Below are positions 1 through 13,440 of a stretch of 64,000 bases of DNA, piece by piece (the stretch's first letter is position 1; the number at the start of each line of letters is the position of its first letter). Source of the DNA: Squalus acanthias (taxonomy: Eukaryota); the NCBI GenBank assembly GCA_030390025.1, contig CM059431.1, positions 116,562,001 through 116,626,000 of the forward strand, written 5' to 3'. The notes under the pieces were generated by a model. The model was not told the DNA's origin. It searched no databases and saw nothing but the letters and a program-made list of their open reading frames with translations. The translations under genes were made by a program, and so were the position numbers.

Positions 1-805
1 CCACTACGCCAGCACAGGATTTCCTGGGGTTCCATCAATGGACAATACTGGGCTTGTGCTTACAGTCAGTACAGCCCAGTGTAAGGATGCAAATGATGTG
101 GGATGGAGGATCCCTGGTCTTAATGCTTCACATTGTTTTGCGTGCACCTATGAGGTACTCAAATGGAGGAGCCCCCTTTGCAGACCTTGCCCCCGACTAC
201 CCTCACCGCCCCCGTCCCCCAAGCACAATGTTCAGGCCTTGGGGTCAGGCCTACAGCTGGATTCCTATTCTTTGCCCCATGATACCAGAGCAAGGTGCTA
301 TCATGGGGTGGGTGGGTCTGTGGCAGGAGGGCACCATGGATGTATATAGTATGGCGTTGGAAAATTGGGTGGAGTCCTCCTGTCAAAACCGTAGGTATGC
401 AACATCTGTTGGACACTCAATGGGGATCCAAGAGGAAAATCGCCCCTCTAGAGTTTATAATACAGGATGAAATTACTAACAACCTGGAAAAACATGAGTT
501 ATCAGGGCCAGTATGCATGGAATTATAAAGGACAGGTTATGCTTGACCAACCTTAAAGAATTCTTTGAAGAAATATTATTGGATCAGAATTTACTGCAGC
601 CAATGAACGAATGGTGCCTATCGTTCATTAAACTTGCCTTGCCCTTATAATTTCCATGAAACTTTGCATTGAAAGTTGCTGTTAGTGGGGGATTGAAAGA
701 GCGCAGTGCCCTCTACAGAGCATCTGAGGCCTGTGTGAACCGGGCAAGCAACCATGTATCTCCTTAACTAATCAGATTGAAGATTGATCAGTGCAGTGTC
801 CGAAC

Positions 806-1195
806 CAATGCAATGCAATGCAATCCAATTCAGCAGTCCAGTTCCGTTCAAATACAATCTGATCCAATCCATCAGTCCAGTTCAGTTCAATGTGAATCCA
901 ATCCAATATAAGACAATACAATTTCAGTCCAGTTCAGTTATAATCCAATCCACTCCATTCCAATCCAGTTCCGTTCAAATCCCATCCAATGCAATCATCA
1001 GTCCAGCCCAGTTCAGTTCAAATCCAATCCAGTTCAGTTCAAATCCAATCTAATCCACCAGTCCAATACAGTTCAGTTCAGATCCAATCCAATCCAATCC
1101 AATCATCAGTCCAGTCCAGTTCAGTTCAATTCACATCCAATCCAATCATCAGACCAGTTCAGTTCATATCCAATGCAGTCCAATCTAATCTAATT
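806..1195 (+). repeat. Compound pentanucleotide simple repeat (CCAAT/TCCAG/TTCAG units)
   Basis: Direct reading, e.g. aatccaatccagttcagttca repeated with degeneracy. Confidence 0.9.
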
Positions 1196-1479
1196 AAAGT
1201 TAGAATAGTGAATTCAATGTCAAATATAAAGGGAGGGAAAGAAAGATTGGATTAAGAGGGAAAAAAGCAACAGAAAGAAAAAGTAAGAATTTAAAAAATT
1301 GTAATTATTGTTTTTAAAATCTCCAACAATTAAAAGTTGAGACGACACGCTTGTAAAAGTTAATTTTCAGTGCTAGTGAGGTTGTTTGGCAGTAATTAAG
1401 ACTTATCACACTTTTAAAAAGTGTACTTTATACTGAAATGAACCAGCCCTAACTTTCTGTAGTGAGTTTAGTCCGTATC

Positions 1480-3518
1480 TACTAAAGAAAACAAAGGCTG
1501 CTATTAGATCAGCAAAAAGGCTAATGGAAAAAATGATCGCCGACAACTGTGGAAGTAATGGGAAAAGCTTTTTCAGTTATGCTTGGAGTCAGAGAACTGT
1601 CAATGACTGTATTGGACCATTGAAGCATGTTCAAGGATAGGTTACAAAGGACTCACTGGGTATGGCGGAAATATTAAATGAATACTTTGCATCGGTCTTC
1701 ACCCTTGAAGATGATGCTTGACTATTAGAATTTAATAATGTTACTAACAAAACTAGTAATATTAACATAGATGAACATATTGTTTTAGAAAGAATTAAGA
1801 AATTGATGATATCCACCCAAAGGTCCTCGGGGAGAAGGGACATGTGCTGTGTGAGCCCCTAGCCTGTATTTTTAATAGCTCACTGCACTCTGGAATAGTT
1901 CCTATAGACTGGAAGGAGGCTAATGTAGTCCCCATCTTTAAAAAAGGTGACAAGACAAACCCAGGTAACTATAGGCCCATTAGTTTAACATCAGTAATAG
2001 GTAAGATGCTTGAGGGAATTATTAGGGATGCAATATATGTATGCTTGGATAGAGAGGGACATATTAGGAACACCCAACATGGCTTCATACAAAGGAGGTC
2101 ATGTCTTACAAATCTAATTATATTTTTTGAAGAAGTTACAAAATTGGTGGATGAGGGAAGTCCAAGTAAACATTGTCTACTTAGACTTCCAAAAAGCTTT
2201 TGATAAGGTACCGCATAAGAGGCTTCTCTATAAGATCGAAGCCTCTGGTATTAGTGGTAATATATTGAGCTGGATTCAGAACAGGCTGGCAGGACGTAGG
2301 CAAAAAGTAGTTATAGATGGATTTGGATCTGTTTGGAGAACGGTCACCAGTGGTGTCCCGCAGGGATTGGTGTTGGGACCGTTACTCTTTGCTATTTTTA
2401 TTAATGATCTGGATGTAGGTGTTGGGGGCACGATCTGCAAATTTGCAGATGATACCAAGATCTGTGTGAGTATTAGGACTGTAGACGACGCTCATCTGCT
2501 TCAGGCAGATCTTAATGTGTTGGGAGATTGGGCTCATGACTGGCAAATGATGTATAACTTAGATAAGTGCAGTGTTATGAATGTGGACAGGGAAAATGCT
2601 CAACATTCATACACCTTTCAGGGAAAAACATTAAAATAAGGTGGAGATAGAAAGAGATTTGGGCATTCTAGTGCATCTTTAAAGGTACGTGAGCAATGCT
2701 GTGAAGTGATAGCTGGAGCAAATAGGGTGTTTGGGTGTATCCATAGGACAATTGAGTATAAGACGAGACATACTGGTTTTTGTCCTTGTACAAGACCTTA
2801 GTCAGGCCGCACTTGGGAAACTGTGTCCAGTTTTGGTCACCTGACATGGTGGGTGATTATTGAGGCTTTGGAGAGGGTGCAGAGGAGGGCCACTAGACTA
2901 ATTCCCAGTCTAAAGCATCTTGGTTATCAAGATAGGCTAAAAGAGTTGGGACTCTGCACTTTAGAGAAACGTAGACTTAGGGGTGATCTGATTGAGGTTT
3001 ATAAAATAATGAAGGGAATAGATTGTGTTCCAGTTGACAGTTTGTTTCAATGAAATAGGCTAGGGAGGACCAGGGGTCACAAATGTAAGTTGTATAAGGC
3101 CAGATCTAGGTTAGCTGTCAGGAGGTGGTTCTTTTCCCAGAGAATAGGGGACCTCTGGAACAGGCTGTCGTCTCAAGCAGTGGATGCTGATTCACTGAAT
3201 TCCTTCAAGCGAGAGCTGGACCTGTTTGTGGCTGGGGCGGAGATCACCTCTTACAGAAGGTAAGTACTACAGGGAATTCAGGACCAGAGTGATCTCGTGG
3301 ACTAGTTTTAATCGCCTAGATGGGTCGGAGAGGAATTTCCCAGATTTTTCCCGCAAATTGGCCTTGGTTTTTTACCTGATTTTTTTGCCAGGAAATCACA
3401 TGGTTTCGGGTGGGGTGGTGTGTATATATTGTGATACACAAGATACCGCAATTGTGTGGGACATGCTCGATGGACCAGAGGGTCTTTACCTGCCCGTCAT
3501 TTTTCGTATGTTTGTAAT
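1480..3518 (+). mobile_element. 5'-truncated CR1 LINE, RT pseudogene
   Basis: ORFs 1844-2203, 2127-2639 and 2823-3053 carry CR1 RT motifs ([48 protein letters not shown]) with frameshifts. Confidence 0.95.
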
Positions 3519-4777
3519 TACAGGAGCTTCACGCCGTTCGATACATTTGAATGGGGAGCCAGATGGCAAGATGGTGTTTTTGCACAGCTTATGGCGGACC
3601 AGCACAATTTGGACAGCAGCTTTCGGATTTTTGCGTTTAACCCCGCATCTGTGCTCATCTGAAGTTGCTGTCCCATTTACACATAAATAACGGTGTGTGC
3701 CATTAGCCTCACTGTTATTTTTACAGTAAATTCTGGCACAATAGTTAAATAGACTTAATGCAGTGGATGTGGTTTATATGGATATTCAAGTTGCATAAGA
3801 GACTTATGGACAAATTAATGGTACATGTAATTAAGAAAGAATGCGGACAAGTGAATAGAGAGATAGTTGGAGGTAGAAAGCAAGAGTTAGTGGTAAAAAG
3901 CATTTTATCAGTGTGGGGCATTTGTTGAGTAGTGTGCCAAAGGGTTTATGTTGGGAAGGTTTTATTTACTACATATATAGACAAATGGCCTGAACCTAAA
4001 AATTGTGGGATAAATATTGACATTTCTGGATGACAGTGATTTGGGGGGGATGGGGGCAGTATGCGATGAGGATTGTGAAAGAGGATTGTGGAGGACATAA
4101 ATATGTTAGCATGAAGGATAGATAGTTAACAGTTACATTTCAATGCAGAAACATGTTAAGTGATACATTTTGGGAGTAAGAATAGGGTAAGAAAATACAC
4201 CTTGTATGGTAAGATTTTAATTGGAGTAGAAGAGCAAAGGGACCTTGATGTACAGGTCATTACAATGACAGTGCAAGATAATAAATCCACAAAAAAGGTA
4301 AAATGGAATTCTTAGTTTTATATCTGGAGGCAAAGAATACAAAAGCAAGGAGGTAATATTGAAATTCTACATGACATTAATCAACTGCAGATGGAATATT
4401 ATACATAGTTTTGGATATCCTAATATAATAAAGATATAAAAGCAATGGAAATAGTTCAGTACAGATTCATTAGAATATTCCCAGAGATTAGAAGTTACAG
4501 TTATGAAAAGAAACTTGGGAAATTATGCTTTTTCTTTAAAACTATGAAGTAAAAGGTGTTCAAGATAATAAAGGGTTATGATAAGGTAAATTGTGATAGA
4601 TTACTTTTATTAGTCAGCATGACAGTAACAAGAGGGCATAAATGTAAGAGAATCACAAAGAATTGAAAGGGAGGTTAGAATTATTTTTAACTTTAAAAGG
4701 TGATTAGAATGTGGAATTCTCTGCTGCAAACCATTGTTGAAGTAAAGTCCATAAATTTTCTTTTAAAAGGGAACTAT

Positions 4778-4916
4778 ATGAGCCAGCTAGTCTAAGTATT
4801 CACTCCTACCTACGCCCCATAACCTTTAATATTCATATTTTTCAAGTAAGAAAATTATGAATATTAAAAGCTTATGGGGAGTAGGCAGCAGAGAATACTT
4901 GGACTAGCTGGCTCAT
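4778..4916. repeat. Imperfect ~65-bp inverted repeat (fold-back hairpin) in a CR1 3' region
   Basis: atgagccagctagtctaagtatt...atttttc [aagtaa] gaaaattatg...aatacttggactagctggctcat. Confidence 0.85.
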
Positions 4917-7120
4917 TTGGAGAAAAACATTGACAGACTTGATAGGCTGAATGGCCTGTTGCTATGCTGTAACATTCTATAATTACATAGCGTCTTCAGT
5001 TATACTAAGAATCATGAAAAAGAATTGATACCCCTTGAAAGCATCCTAATGTATTCAAATTCAATTTTGATGGGTTTGAATTTCAGATACTGTAAAACCA
5101 AATCCAAATTCAAAATCCAAATTAAACCAGCTGGCTGTCATGAGTAACAAGTTTAATTAGATTCTGAATGTAATGCACCCTGTTTCATTAAATTACCCTA
5201 CAGTAACTGTGAGTCTGATTAGTTGGTGAAATATACTGTCACTGAGTAAATGACCTACTGACTAAATTGGTTGAGACGGATGATGTGTGGGGTACAAAAA
5301 AGACTTGTTTCTGGCTTCAAAATGAATGATGAGAACAAGGGACTGTTTGAAGTGAAAAATTTCAATCTTAAAAAGCTAAAGTTAGAATAGGTAAGATGTT
5401 AGTTAGAAAAAGGGTTAAAAAGAAAGAAATAACATTTATAACCTTTTACGATCTCTGGATGTCCCAAAGTGCTTCACAAACAATTGGGCTGAATTTTCCA
5501 GGGTGGTAGCGGACGCAGGCGGTGGTGGGTCAGGTGGGAAAGTTGTTATTTTTGACAGCGGGTCGGGAATCCGGTGTCATCTCACTCCCACGCACTTTTC
5601 CCCCAGGTACGTCTGTCATCACGGAGCCGACCCAACCGGCAGTGGCGGGGGACCCAATTGAGATGATTATCAGGTAGTTTACACTTAAGAGCCTTTTTTC
5701 ACTTACTTTTTAAATTTCCCTGCATGGCCACGGGGTTCACGCAGCTTGGGAAGCACGTCTGTCAACCTGAGGCGGGAGTTCCGTGGCCATTGCTCCAGCT
5801 GATTACGTGACAGCATGGAAAACAAACCAAAATAAAAACATGTTGATTACATCAGCTAACAGATAGATGGAGATTCTGTTCTACTTGGAAAAACTACTGG
5901 TAAATGTTAATTCAGAAATTCCTGAAGGGATATGAGTACTGAAGGCTCCCCTCCAACCCTGGATGATGAGGGAAATACATTTTTCACTGGCCATTCTCGG
6001 CTGTTGCCTTCCAACTCAACAGTAATTGCAGTGAATTGATCTGCACTACAAAAAATAACATATATAATTTAAATAACTTTTTGTGTTGTTTCTGGTCAGG
6101 TTTTTCTCACAGTATACTGTGCTTGTTTAGTTACAGATTAAATCAAGTCATCAACCGTAACAATTTTATTCTCATCACTCACTCCACTGGTTCAATTTGC
6201 TTTCAGTCCCTGAATATAACTAACGTAATTTTACAGTCTGAGACTTTGGGGGTGAATTTCTGCAGAGGTTCTCTCACTTGTCCATTTTTAACTTCAACGG
6301 AAGAGCTGCAGAAATCCCAGAAACACATAAGCACCACTTACACTGTGTGTCAGGGGTTCCACAGCTCTTCCGCTGAACTTGCATAAGACTGTAAATCCAC
6401 CCCTTTACAATTACATTTAAAATCTGCTTAATTTTATATATTACCTATACACACACATCTTTTATTTGTACCAGTTACTGATACAAAAGTCTATAGATTT
6501 GTGACTAAAGCACCAATAACTTCCCAATTAATGTACTTTTAAAATTATGTTCTTGATCATATTTGTAGATGGCGTCACATTACTTAAATGATATTATTTA
6601 AATATTTCTTTGTCACTCATATATAACTTTTATTATATGATCGTAGAGTAAAGGTTCAACACCCACTTTGTTAGATTAAACTTCAAATGCAATGTGGCCA
6701 TGGTCCCTTTAAAGATCCCAGCTGAAAAGGCATCATGAATGATGTCACCAGACCTGCTCCATCTCATTGGGCCGGGTGCTAGGCAGGCTTAATAGGCCCC
6801 AGTAAGGTAAGTTCATTTTCAACAGCGGGATGGCGCCAGTAGTGGGGTCATGACCCACCACGGACACCGCCCACACTGGACCCGCCCAGATAGGCAAAAT
6901 TCCAGCCAATGATGTTTTTTCTAAATAAATTGCAGGAAAATGTGGTGGTCAATTTACACATAGCAAGGGCCCACAAACAGCAGTGAGATAGATGAACAGA
7001 TAATCTGTTTTAGTGATGTTGGTTAAATTAAAGTAAGAACAAAAATAGGGAAGAAGAGAAACAGACAGCAAAAGAGATTAACATAGATGAAGTGTTTAAA
7101 TTTTAGTTTATATAACAATA

Positions 7121-8178
7121 GGCCATATTTTGCTGGAGCGGGCCATCATGCCCATTAGTTAGACATGGTTAGATTTTAAAAAAAATTGCCCACAAAGTTG
7201 CTGGAAGTGCAAGCTGATAACTGCACAGTGAGGGCAACAGGACATCTGGGACCTTGGTGAACAATGGGACAAACAGGGTATAAGAACATAAGAACATAAG
7301 AAATAGGAGCAGGAGTAGGCCAATCGGCCCTTCGAGCCTGCTCCGCCATTCAATAAGATCATGGCTGATCTGATCCTCACCTCAAATCTAAAGAACACAA
7401 GAAGTAGGAGCAGGACCCGGCCACTCAGCCCCTGGGCCCGCTACGCCACCCACAGGGCCTCGACCGATCCGAACTCAAACTCATGTCCAATTTCCTGCCC
7501 GCTTCCCGTAACCCCTGATTCCCTTTACTTCTAGGAAACTGTCTATTTCTGTTTTAAATTTATTTAATGATGTAGCTAATCATGTATCTCCTTAACCAAT
7601 GAGATTAAAGGATTGAGAAATAAACAGAGGAAGGACGGAGAAGGAGGGTGAATTCGAGTGGGTGAATACAATGTCAAATGAGGTACAGAAAGAGAATAAA
7701 GAGAGAGAAAGAAAGATTGTATTGAGAGAGAGAGAGAGAAAGAGAGAGAAAGGAACAGTAAGAAAAATCAATTAAAAGTTGACATTTTTAAATCTTTAAA
7801 AAAATTCACAATCTGAAGGAATGAGACTCCACACTTATAATTGTACACTTTCTGGGCAGGAGAGGTTAATTGGCAGGCATTAACAATAATCACATCATTA
7901 AAAAGTACTTGCACTGCTCATTACTAGACTTAACTTTCTGTGGTCAGTTTAATGGGCAATTAATGTGCAAATGCAGCAACTTCATGAAAATCACGGGGAG
8001 GTTAAGGCCGAGTAGCCGTTTTCGCGAAGCTAACGGCAGAGTGACGCAAATTGGGCCAGCAACTTGTGGTGATTCGAAATTCATGGATATCTCTTCCTCA
8101 TTACAAGTTGCTGGCCAACTTGCATATTAATAATGACATGCGTCATTCAGACACCCTTATTTTTCAGCAAAATCTGGC
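7121..8178. mobile_element. Harbinger-type MITE containing a CR1 3' fragment
   Basis: TIRs ggccatattttgctg / cagcaaaatctggcc; same family as 581-3739. Confidence 0.65.
7281..7577 (-). mobile_element. CR1 3' end fragment with a duplicated terminal module
   Basis: (taagaaca)n tail plus ataggagcaggagtaggcc, followed by a second diverged copy (aagaacacaagaagtaggagcagg). Confidence 0.8.
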
Positions 8179-8805
8179 CGATTATTTTTTAGATATTTAA
8201 ATTAGTATCTTATTGGTTAATATTACATTAATAAAGCTATTGCTGATGGTTAAGTGCTAATGGTTGTGTTTTTATATCAGAAAAACTGAAAATAAAAACA
8301 ATGCCCCCCCAAATTCCTCTGGATGTCATTCCAGTGGCTATACTGGGATCATGCTTGATGGTGCTTTCCAGTGCTGACTCCCATTGAAGTTTGCAGGATT
8401 AATGCCCAAATGATTAATGCCTTATTAATTAAGATTAATGACTTATGCCCACAGAATCTTAGCTATTCACCTGACCTTGGGTGAGGGGCTTACCCAGGTC
8501 TCCTCTCACAACCCTGGCCACATATGTGTCAAGCCCCTGAGCAACATCTAGGCTGATTGTCCTTTTGTGGAGGCCAGTATGCTACCACTCACTTGGTGCA
8601 CCAGCTGCCACTGAAATGCCTTCTAGGCTGCGGGGTGTGAACTCTTGGTTTTGGAAGTCTCTGCCCCTGGCTCTGCCCAGGCCAGCAAAGGGTTCTGTCC
8701 CCCTCAAAGCAGCCAGCAAACTCTCGGAAATGGCGGAGACCCTGCGCAACTGAGTCTCCACCTTTTTTCCTGGGGGCTCCACCAATTCCCACCTCCGTTA
8801 CAGTG

Positions 8806-10520
8806 TGTAGGGGGTGGTGGTTTGTGTCAGCTTTACCTCTGACTTCTGAGCGGTTCGAATCGCTCCCACACCTTTGGTTCTAGACCTTGGACTTATTTGG
8901 GGGTTGTGATACAAAAGGTGCAGCAGACAACTGAGTTTGATGAAAGAACTTCAATCTTTATTAAAAGGTAAGACACAAATAATAACACTCTTATCACTCT
9001 AAAGGTGGGGAACACTTCGGTACAAGCGAGGGAAATGACAGTAGAACAATACTTCACCCCTCCCAACCCCACTTTACTAGCTAAGTTAGGTTTTGAAGGA
9101 CCAGGGATAATGCTCACCAATCCTTTGACAGTTGGGCTAAATCGCGGTTTTGGGGTTCGCTGTTTATGACGGTTAGTGTCTGCTGTACCCCGTACGCGGT
9201 AGAGGAATTCACCTGGGTCTCTGGTCAGTCTTCGTAAGTCCGCTGATGCGGTAGGATGTCGTTATGGATTTATCTGGTGAGTACCCAATTTCTTTAGTTG
9301 AGCAGTAGGGCTTAGAGTCTTTGGGGTAAATCTTACCCAGGAGTAAGTCAGGAGTAGTTTGTAGTGTGGAAACTTTGCGATTCTTCGGGTTTTCTTCCCT
9401 GGAGTTGGTCTTTGTTGGTCGCGGTGTCCTGCGATTACCCGGTCAGTTGGGGGTAATGCGCGGTTGTTGGTTTCATGAGGCCTTTGGTTTCCGCAATGGC
9501 TTTAGGCCTTGGTTGGTGTGTCGGTCGACCTTGTGGAGCCGTCGGTGATTTGTTGCTGCTTGTTGCACAGGGTGACTGTGTTGGGGCCGTTGTTGGGGGT
9601 CCGTCAAGGTGGTGTCTTCGCGAGCTGGACTCAGGTGTGTCTGAGTGGTGAGCGATGCCGACTCGCTTCCAGCTTGGGCCTTCTTCTTCTTGGTCTCTCC
9701 TCCTTCTGATGACCACCGGTTGCGACTGACTGCTCGACTCAACGAACGTTGAACTGTGTTGCTTCTCTCCTCTTCTTGATAGTTCCCTCTCGCTGGTGTG
9801 TGCTTGGTGGGCCTTCAATTATACAGAATTGAAGTGGCCTTATCTACCCGCCAAATCTGTTTAGTTCATTGTCTAGTTTTGGCGGGCTCGTAAATCGGTA
9901 ACGATTTACTAGAACGTTAATTGGGTTTTAACAGGCCTTCAATCTGACCCATTGAATATGGCCTTATCTACCCGCCAACTCTGTTCAGTTCATTTTCTGA
10001 ATTTGGCAGGCCTGCTACCAGTAACTGCTTTGTAAGTGTCAAATGGGTTTGGGATGGTTTGCATCCTGTCGATCTTCTTGGCTGATTGCTGGTGATTGGT
10101 TTTGTGTTTTGGGTTCCTAGGCTGATCTATAGCCTAGTCCTGGGTGCTCTGAATTATGCATGTTTCTTGATGGGTCCTATAATCGGTTTGATGGGACCTA
10201 TTGTTTTGGGTGGGACTGTCTTCTCCTAGGGTCTATTGTCAAAATGTTAATGCGTGCTGGGGCTTTGAGTGAGATCATCCCGGTTCCCCAGTCAATGCAA
10301 TTAACTGCAATACCCAAACTGCTTTTACAGGTCTCGAGCCCAACTTCCTTCACAGCCTTTTCTCCCTTTACAGGCCCAGACATGTTTTTAAAATGCCAAA
10401 ACCTGGTTTTTGGTCTTAAATTCCTTATGTTAGGCCCAAATGCATTTTTATCACTCTGAGGTAGTTTCAAAGTCCTTTTTCCTTAGGTTTTGGGGATCTG
10501 CAAATTTTGGAAACCTTACA
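8806..10520 (-). mobile_element. Solo LTR (1715 bp), related to the LTR at 38460-39417
   Basis: TGTA...TACA termini, near-TSD agtg/ggtg and a minus-strand AATAAA at about 8957. Both ends are homologous to the ends of 38460-39417. Confidence 0.8.
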
Positions 10521-11059
10521 GGTGGAATTACCATGGAAGTTTGGGGCCAATTAGTCCAGGGAGATAGGAATTTACCAAAACTGGCAGTATAAAGTTTGAC
10601 GATTTGGGACATGCCTTCCTTTTTTTTTAATCCAATAATATAAATTCAGCTCTGAGTCTCTCCTCATAACTTAGAGCCCTAAGCCTCAGATTCACCATTG
10701 TAATTCACCCTTCTAAGAAACCTCACAATTCATTAATGTTCTTTTAAAGATACAGTGCCCAGAACTGCACCGAATATTCAAACTATGACCTCACCAGAAA
10801 TCTATACTCATACTTGTACTAGCAACCTCATATCTGATTAGCTTGTTGATAATAGGTTTATATCAGCTTGAAACGTTCAGTAAACGATCAATAATTGTAC
10901 GCAAACCCTTTTCCCTTGGTTTGGACACAAAGTCAGCTGTCTTAAAGTCTCAAAAAAAAAGAGCTGGGCCAAATCTGTATTTTGAGAGGATTGTACATAA
11001 GGGCAAACTCAATGTTCTCCGATATGTATTTCCTTTGAGTGCGCATCCCCATGAACACT

Positions 11060-13150
11060 GAATTTACCTTAGCCATTAAGGAACGAGGAAGGGTGGGCTG
11101 GGGGCTTCTCAGAGCCCGTTACTTTTTGAGGAAGATGCTCAAAAACAAAGCCTAGAAATTTGAACTGTTTGTGCTGGCCGTTAAAGCCCGTTTCGGAAAA
11201 AAAATGGCAGCCGCCTCATTTCCTCCCGCCTCCAGCATGGGACACGGCGGCTGCCATTTTGGTAAGGGCCATGCTGGCCCCAGTAATGTAAATGAGCAGA
11301 GCGTGATGTCATTCTGCATGCAACGCTGACTTGACGCCACGTCTGTAAACTTCAACCTTTTCGCTCAGTTTACCATCGAGTCCTAAGCGCGCTCAGAAAA
11401 GCATGTGTAAAGCAGCCCTGCAGAGATGCTGTCAGCACTTCTTACAGAGACACACACATATTTCAGGTAAGTTTGGATACAAGCTTTTGGACTTCTTAAA
11501 AATATTTTATTGAAATAGTGGCTTGCTGCAATACATGTTAAACGTTTTTAAAGTGTGCAGCAAGTGCAGGGAGTGCTGCTGGATGCTTGCAAGGCTTCAG
11601 ATGGTAAATGAAGGCCTCTGATAAGACAGAACATGCTGTAAATACTCAGTAGATCAGGCAGCATCTGTGAAGAGAGAAACAGAGTTCACGTCTCAGGTCG
11701 AAATGCTGCCTGGCCGATTGAGTATTTCCAGAATTTTCTGCTTTTATTTCCGATATCCAGCATCTGCTCACAGAGGGATGAGGAAGACACAGAAGAGGAG
11801 GAAGCAGAAGGAAAGATGAAATGCAGACTGCCCCTTCTGGCCGGGATATCCAGGATGGAATCATCCACCTGTGGTACCAGTGACCACAACCCGAATTCCT
11901 CTTTCAACATCTGTCCCTCACCTTACTGTTACTGATGATCACACCCTCCTCTTGGCCACAATGCTGAAATAAAGGCCACCACAAAGCAAATTTTCCAATC
12001 CAACTTTATACATCTATTCATCCAATATGACATCAAAAAATGAACTAATCACACTTGTGCATTCCCTTAGAAACTGTCTTGTGTGTGCCTTTGCCTATCC
12101 TAGTGATATTACGCAGTGCTACCCCAGTGGCTGCAGCATGGCTGGTGGAAAGCTGCTGACTTTCAGTGGGGACATTGCAGATATCCTTGCAGGATGACCT
12201 TGAGGAGCTGGTGGCTGGGAGTGTCAAATCGAGTGGCGTTCCTCCTTCTCCTTCTCCTTGGTCAACCACTGGCTGGATTTCTTGGGTGTCTGAAATGAAG
12301 AAGGCACAAGGGTAGAGTTGTGGTGAGGGGAGTGGGGGGAAAGCAAGAGCTGCATGCTTATACCATGTGCACCTTGTAAATCAAAAGATATTGTGGGATG
12401 AGTGGCAAGTGGGATGTGAGAGGGAGGATAATGTATGAGGATACCAGCATTTTGTATCCTTTCTGCCCCATCGCTGTCCAAGGGCTCAGCCATGCCACGG
12501 CCAAGAATGACCAGCACATCTCCTCCCAAGGGGGTTAGGTGAAGCTAGGAATGAGAGGTGTGCCTTGTGTTTAGTACAGATTGTTGGCAGGTGAATGATT
12601 GGAGGGGGGAGTCGTGCATTGGGCAGTCTGTGAGGCTGGTGGTGCAGTTGTTAGGAGATGACTTTTGAAGATGCATTCACTGACCTTGATCACTGGTCTG
12701 AGGTCATGAAGCTTCTTTGGGCACTGGAGCCAGGTCATGGGGGCGACACTGCTGGCAGTGATGGCCTCGGTGATCTGGTCCCACATCATTCTTTCTGGAG
12801 GCCCTCCTGTCCCCTGTGGGCTAAGGACTGCCTATTTTAAAATTATTTATATTTTTATTCATTTTAGAAGGCAGTTCCCCTTTAAGGGACCAACACTGCT
12901 TTCTAAAATGACAGCCTTGCTTTATGACAACGCTGCTCTTGCTTCAGGGACACTACAACCTTGTTACATTGGACCTCCTTCTGAGATTATTGCTGGAAAA
13001 CCAGTCTTGCATGGCAGGTTTTGCACTGTGCTAATTTAAGTAGCAGACAGCACCAACATACTGCCTGCGCTATTATTTCAGGGGGCCGTAAACTTCGGCC
13101 CGCGGTGGCACCGGCAGGTTTCCGGCCTACTCCAATTTCTAGGCCCAAGA
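11060..13150 (-). mobile_element. Decayed PIF/Harbinger element with a Myb/SANT-like remnant
   Basis: ORF 12571-12789(-) 'WDQITEAITASSVAPMTWLQCPKKLHDL' resembles the Harbinger Myb/SANT protein. Confidence 0.6.
11635..11768. mobile_element. Penelope pLTR-derived fold-back remnant
   Basis: Matches the terminal sequence of the 44583-45872 element, in both orientations. Confidence 0.7.
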
Positions 13151-13229
13151 TTTTGAGTGATCTGATTCCTGCAACTTATCTTGTAGGATCACATGTATGC
13201 TTACACAGTTGGATTGTGTCTTTATAGTG

Positions 13230-13440
13230 TAAATCTGTTACTCTCTCCCCTAAAAAATTGTTGAGGCTAGGTCAATTGAAAATTTCAAAACTGAGATTGA
13301 TAGATTTTTGTTAGGTAAGGGTATTAAGGGATATGGAACCAAAATGGGTAAATGGAGTTGAGATACAGATCAGCCATGATCTAATTGAATGGTGGAACAG
13401 GCTCGAGGGGTTGAATGGTCGACTCCTGTTCCTATGTTCT
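13230..13440 (+). mobile_element. CR1 3' fragment
   Basis: gattgatagatttttg...gatcagccatgatctaattgaatgg...ctcctgttcctatgttc. Confidence 0.85.

Larger units (their letters stand above)
581..3739. mobile_element. Harbinger-type non-autonomous element (MITE) hosting a satellite and a younger CR1
   Basis: Imperfect TIRs ggatcagaatttactg / cagtaaattctggcac. Internal sequence is shared with the copies at 7121-8178, 28901-30223 and 46613-47130. Confidence 0.6.
448..4985 (+). mobile_element. Old CR1 LINE (RT region and 3' UTR), split by the MITE at 581-3739
   Basis: 448-580 encodes a decayed 'HG..K.R.CLTNLKEFFEE' RT segment that resumes at 3741 ('AVDVVYMD'). It runs on to a CR1-type 3' end ('gataggctgaatggcctgttgctatgctgtaacattctat'). 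Confidence 0.75.

Noticed and set aside
38..470. ORFs at the window start as genes
   Set aside because: No coherent domain; the region ends in a Harbinger-like terminus (ggaaaatcgcccc) and is probably transposon interior.
806..1195. CRISPR-like array
   Set aside because: Simple degenerate repeat with no unique spacers, in a vertebrate context.
784..1255. Q/S/P/I-rich ORFs 784-1053 and 989-1255
   Set aside because: Translations of the pentamer repeat.
9435..9818. 127-aa ORF inside the LTR
   Set aside because: Low-complexity S/P/R-rich sequence not shared with the related LTR; no motif support.
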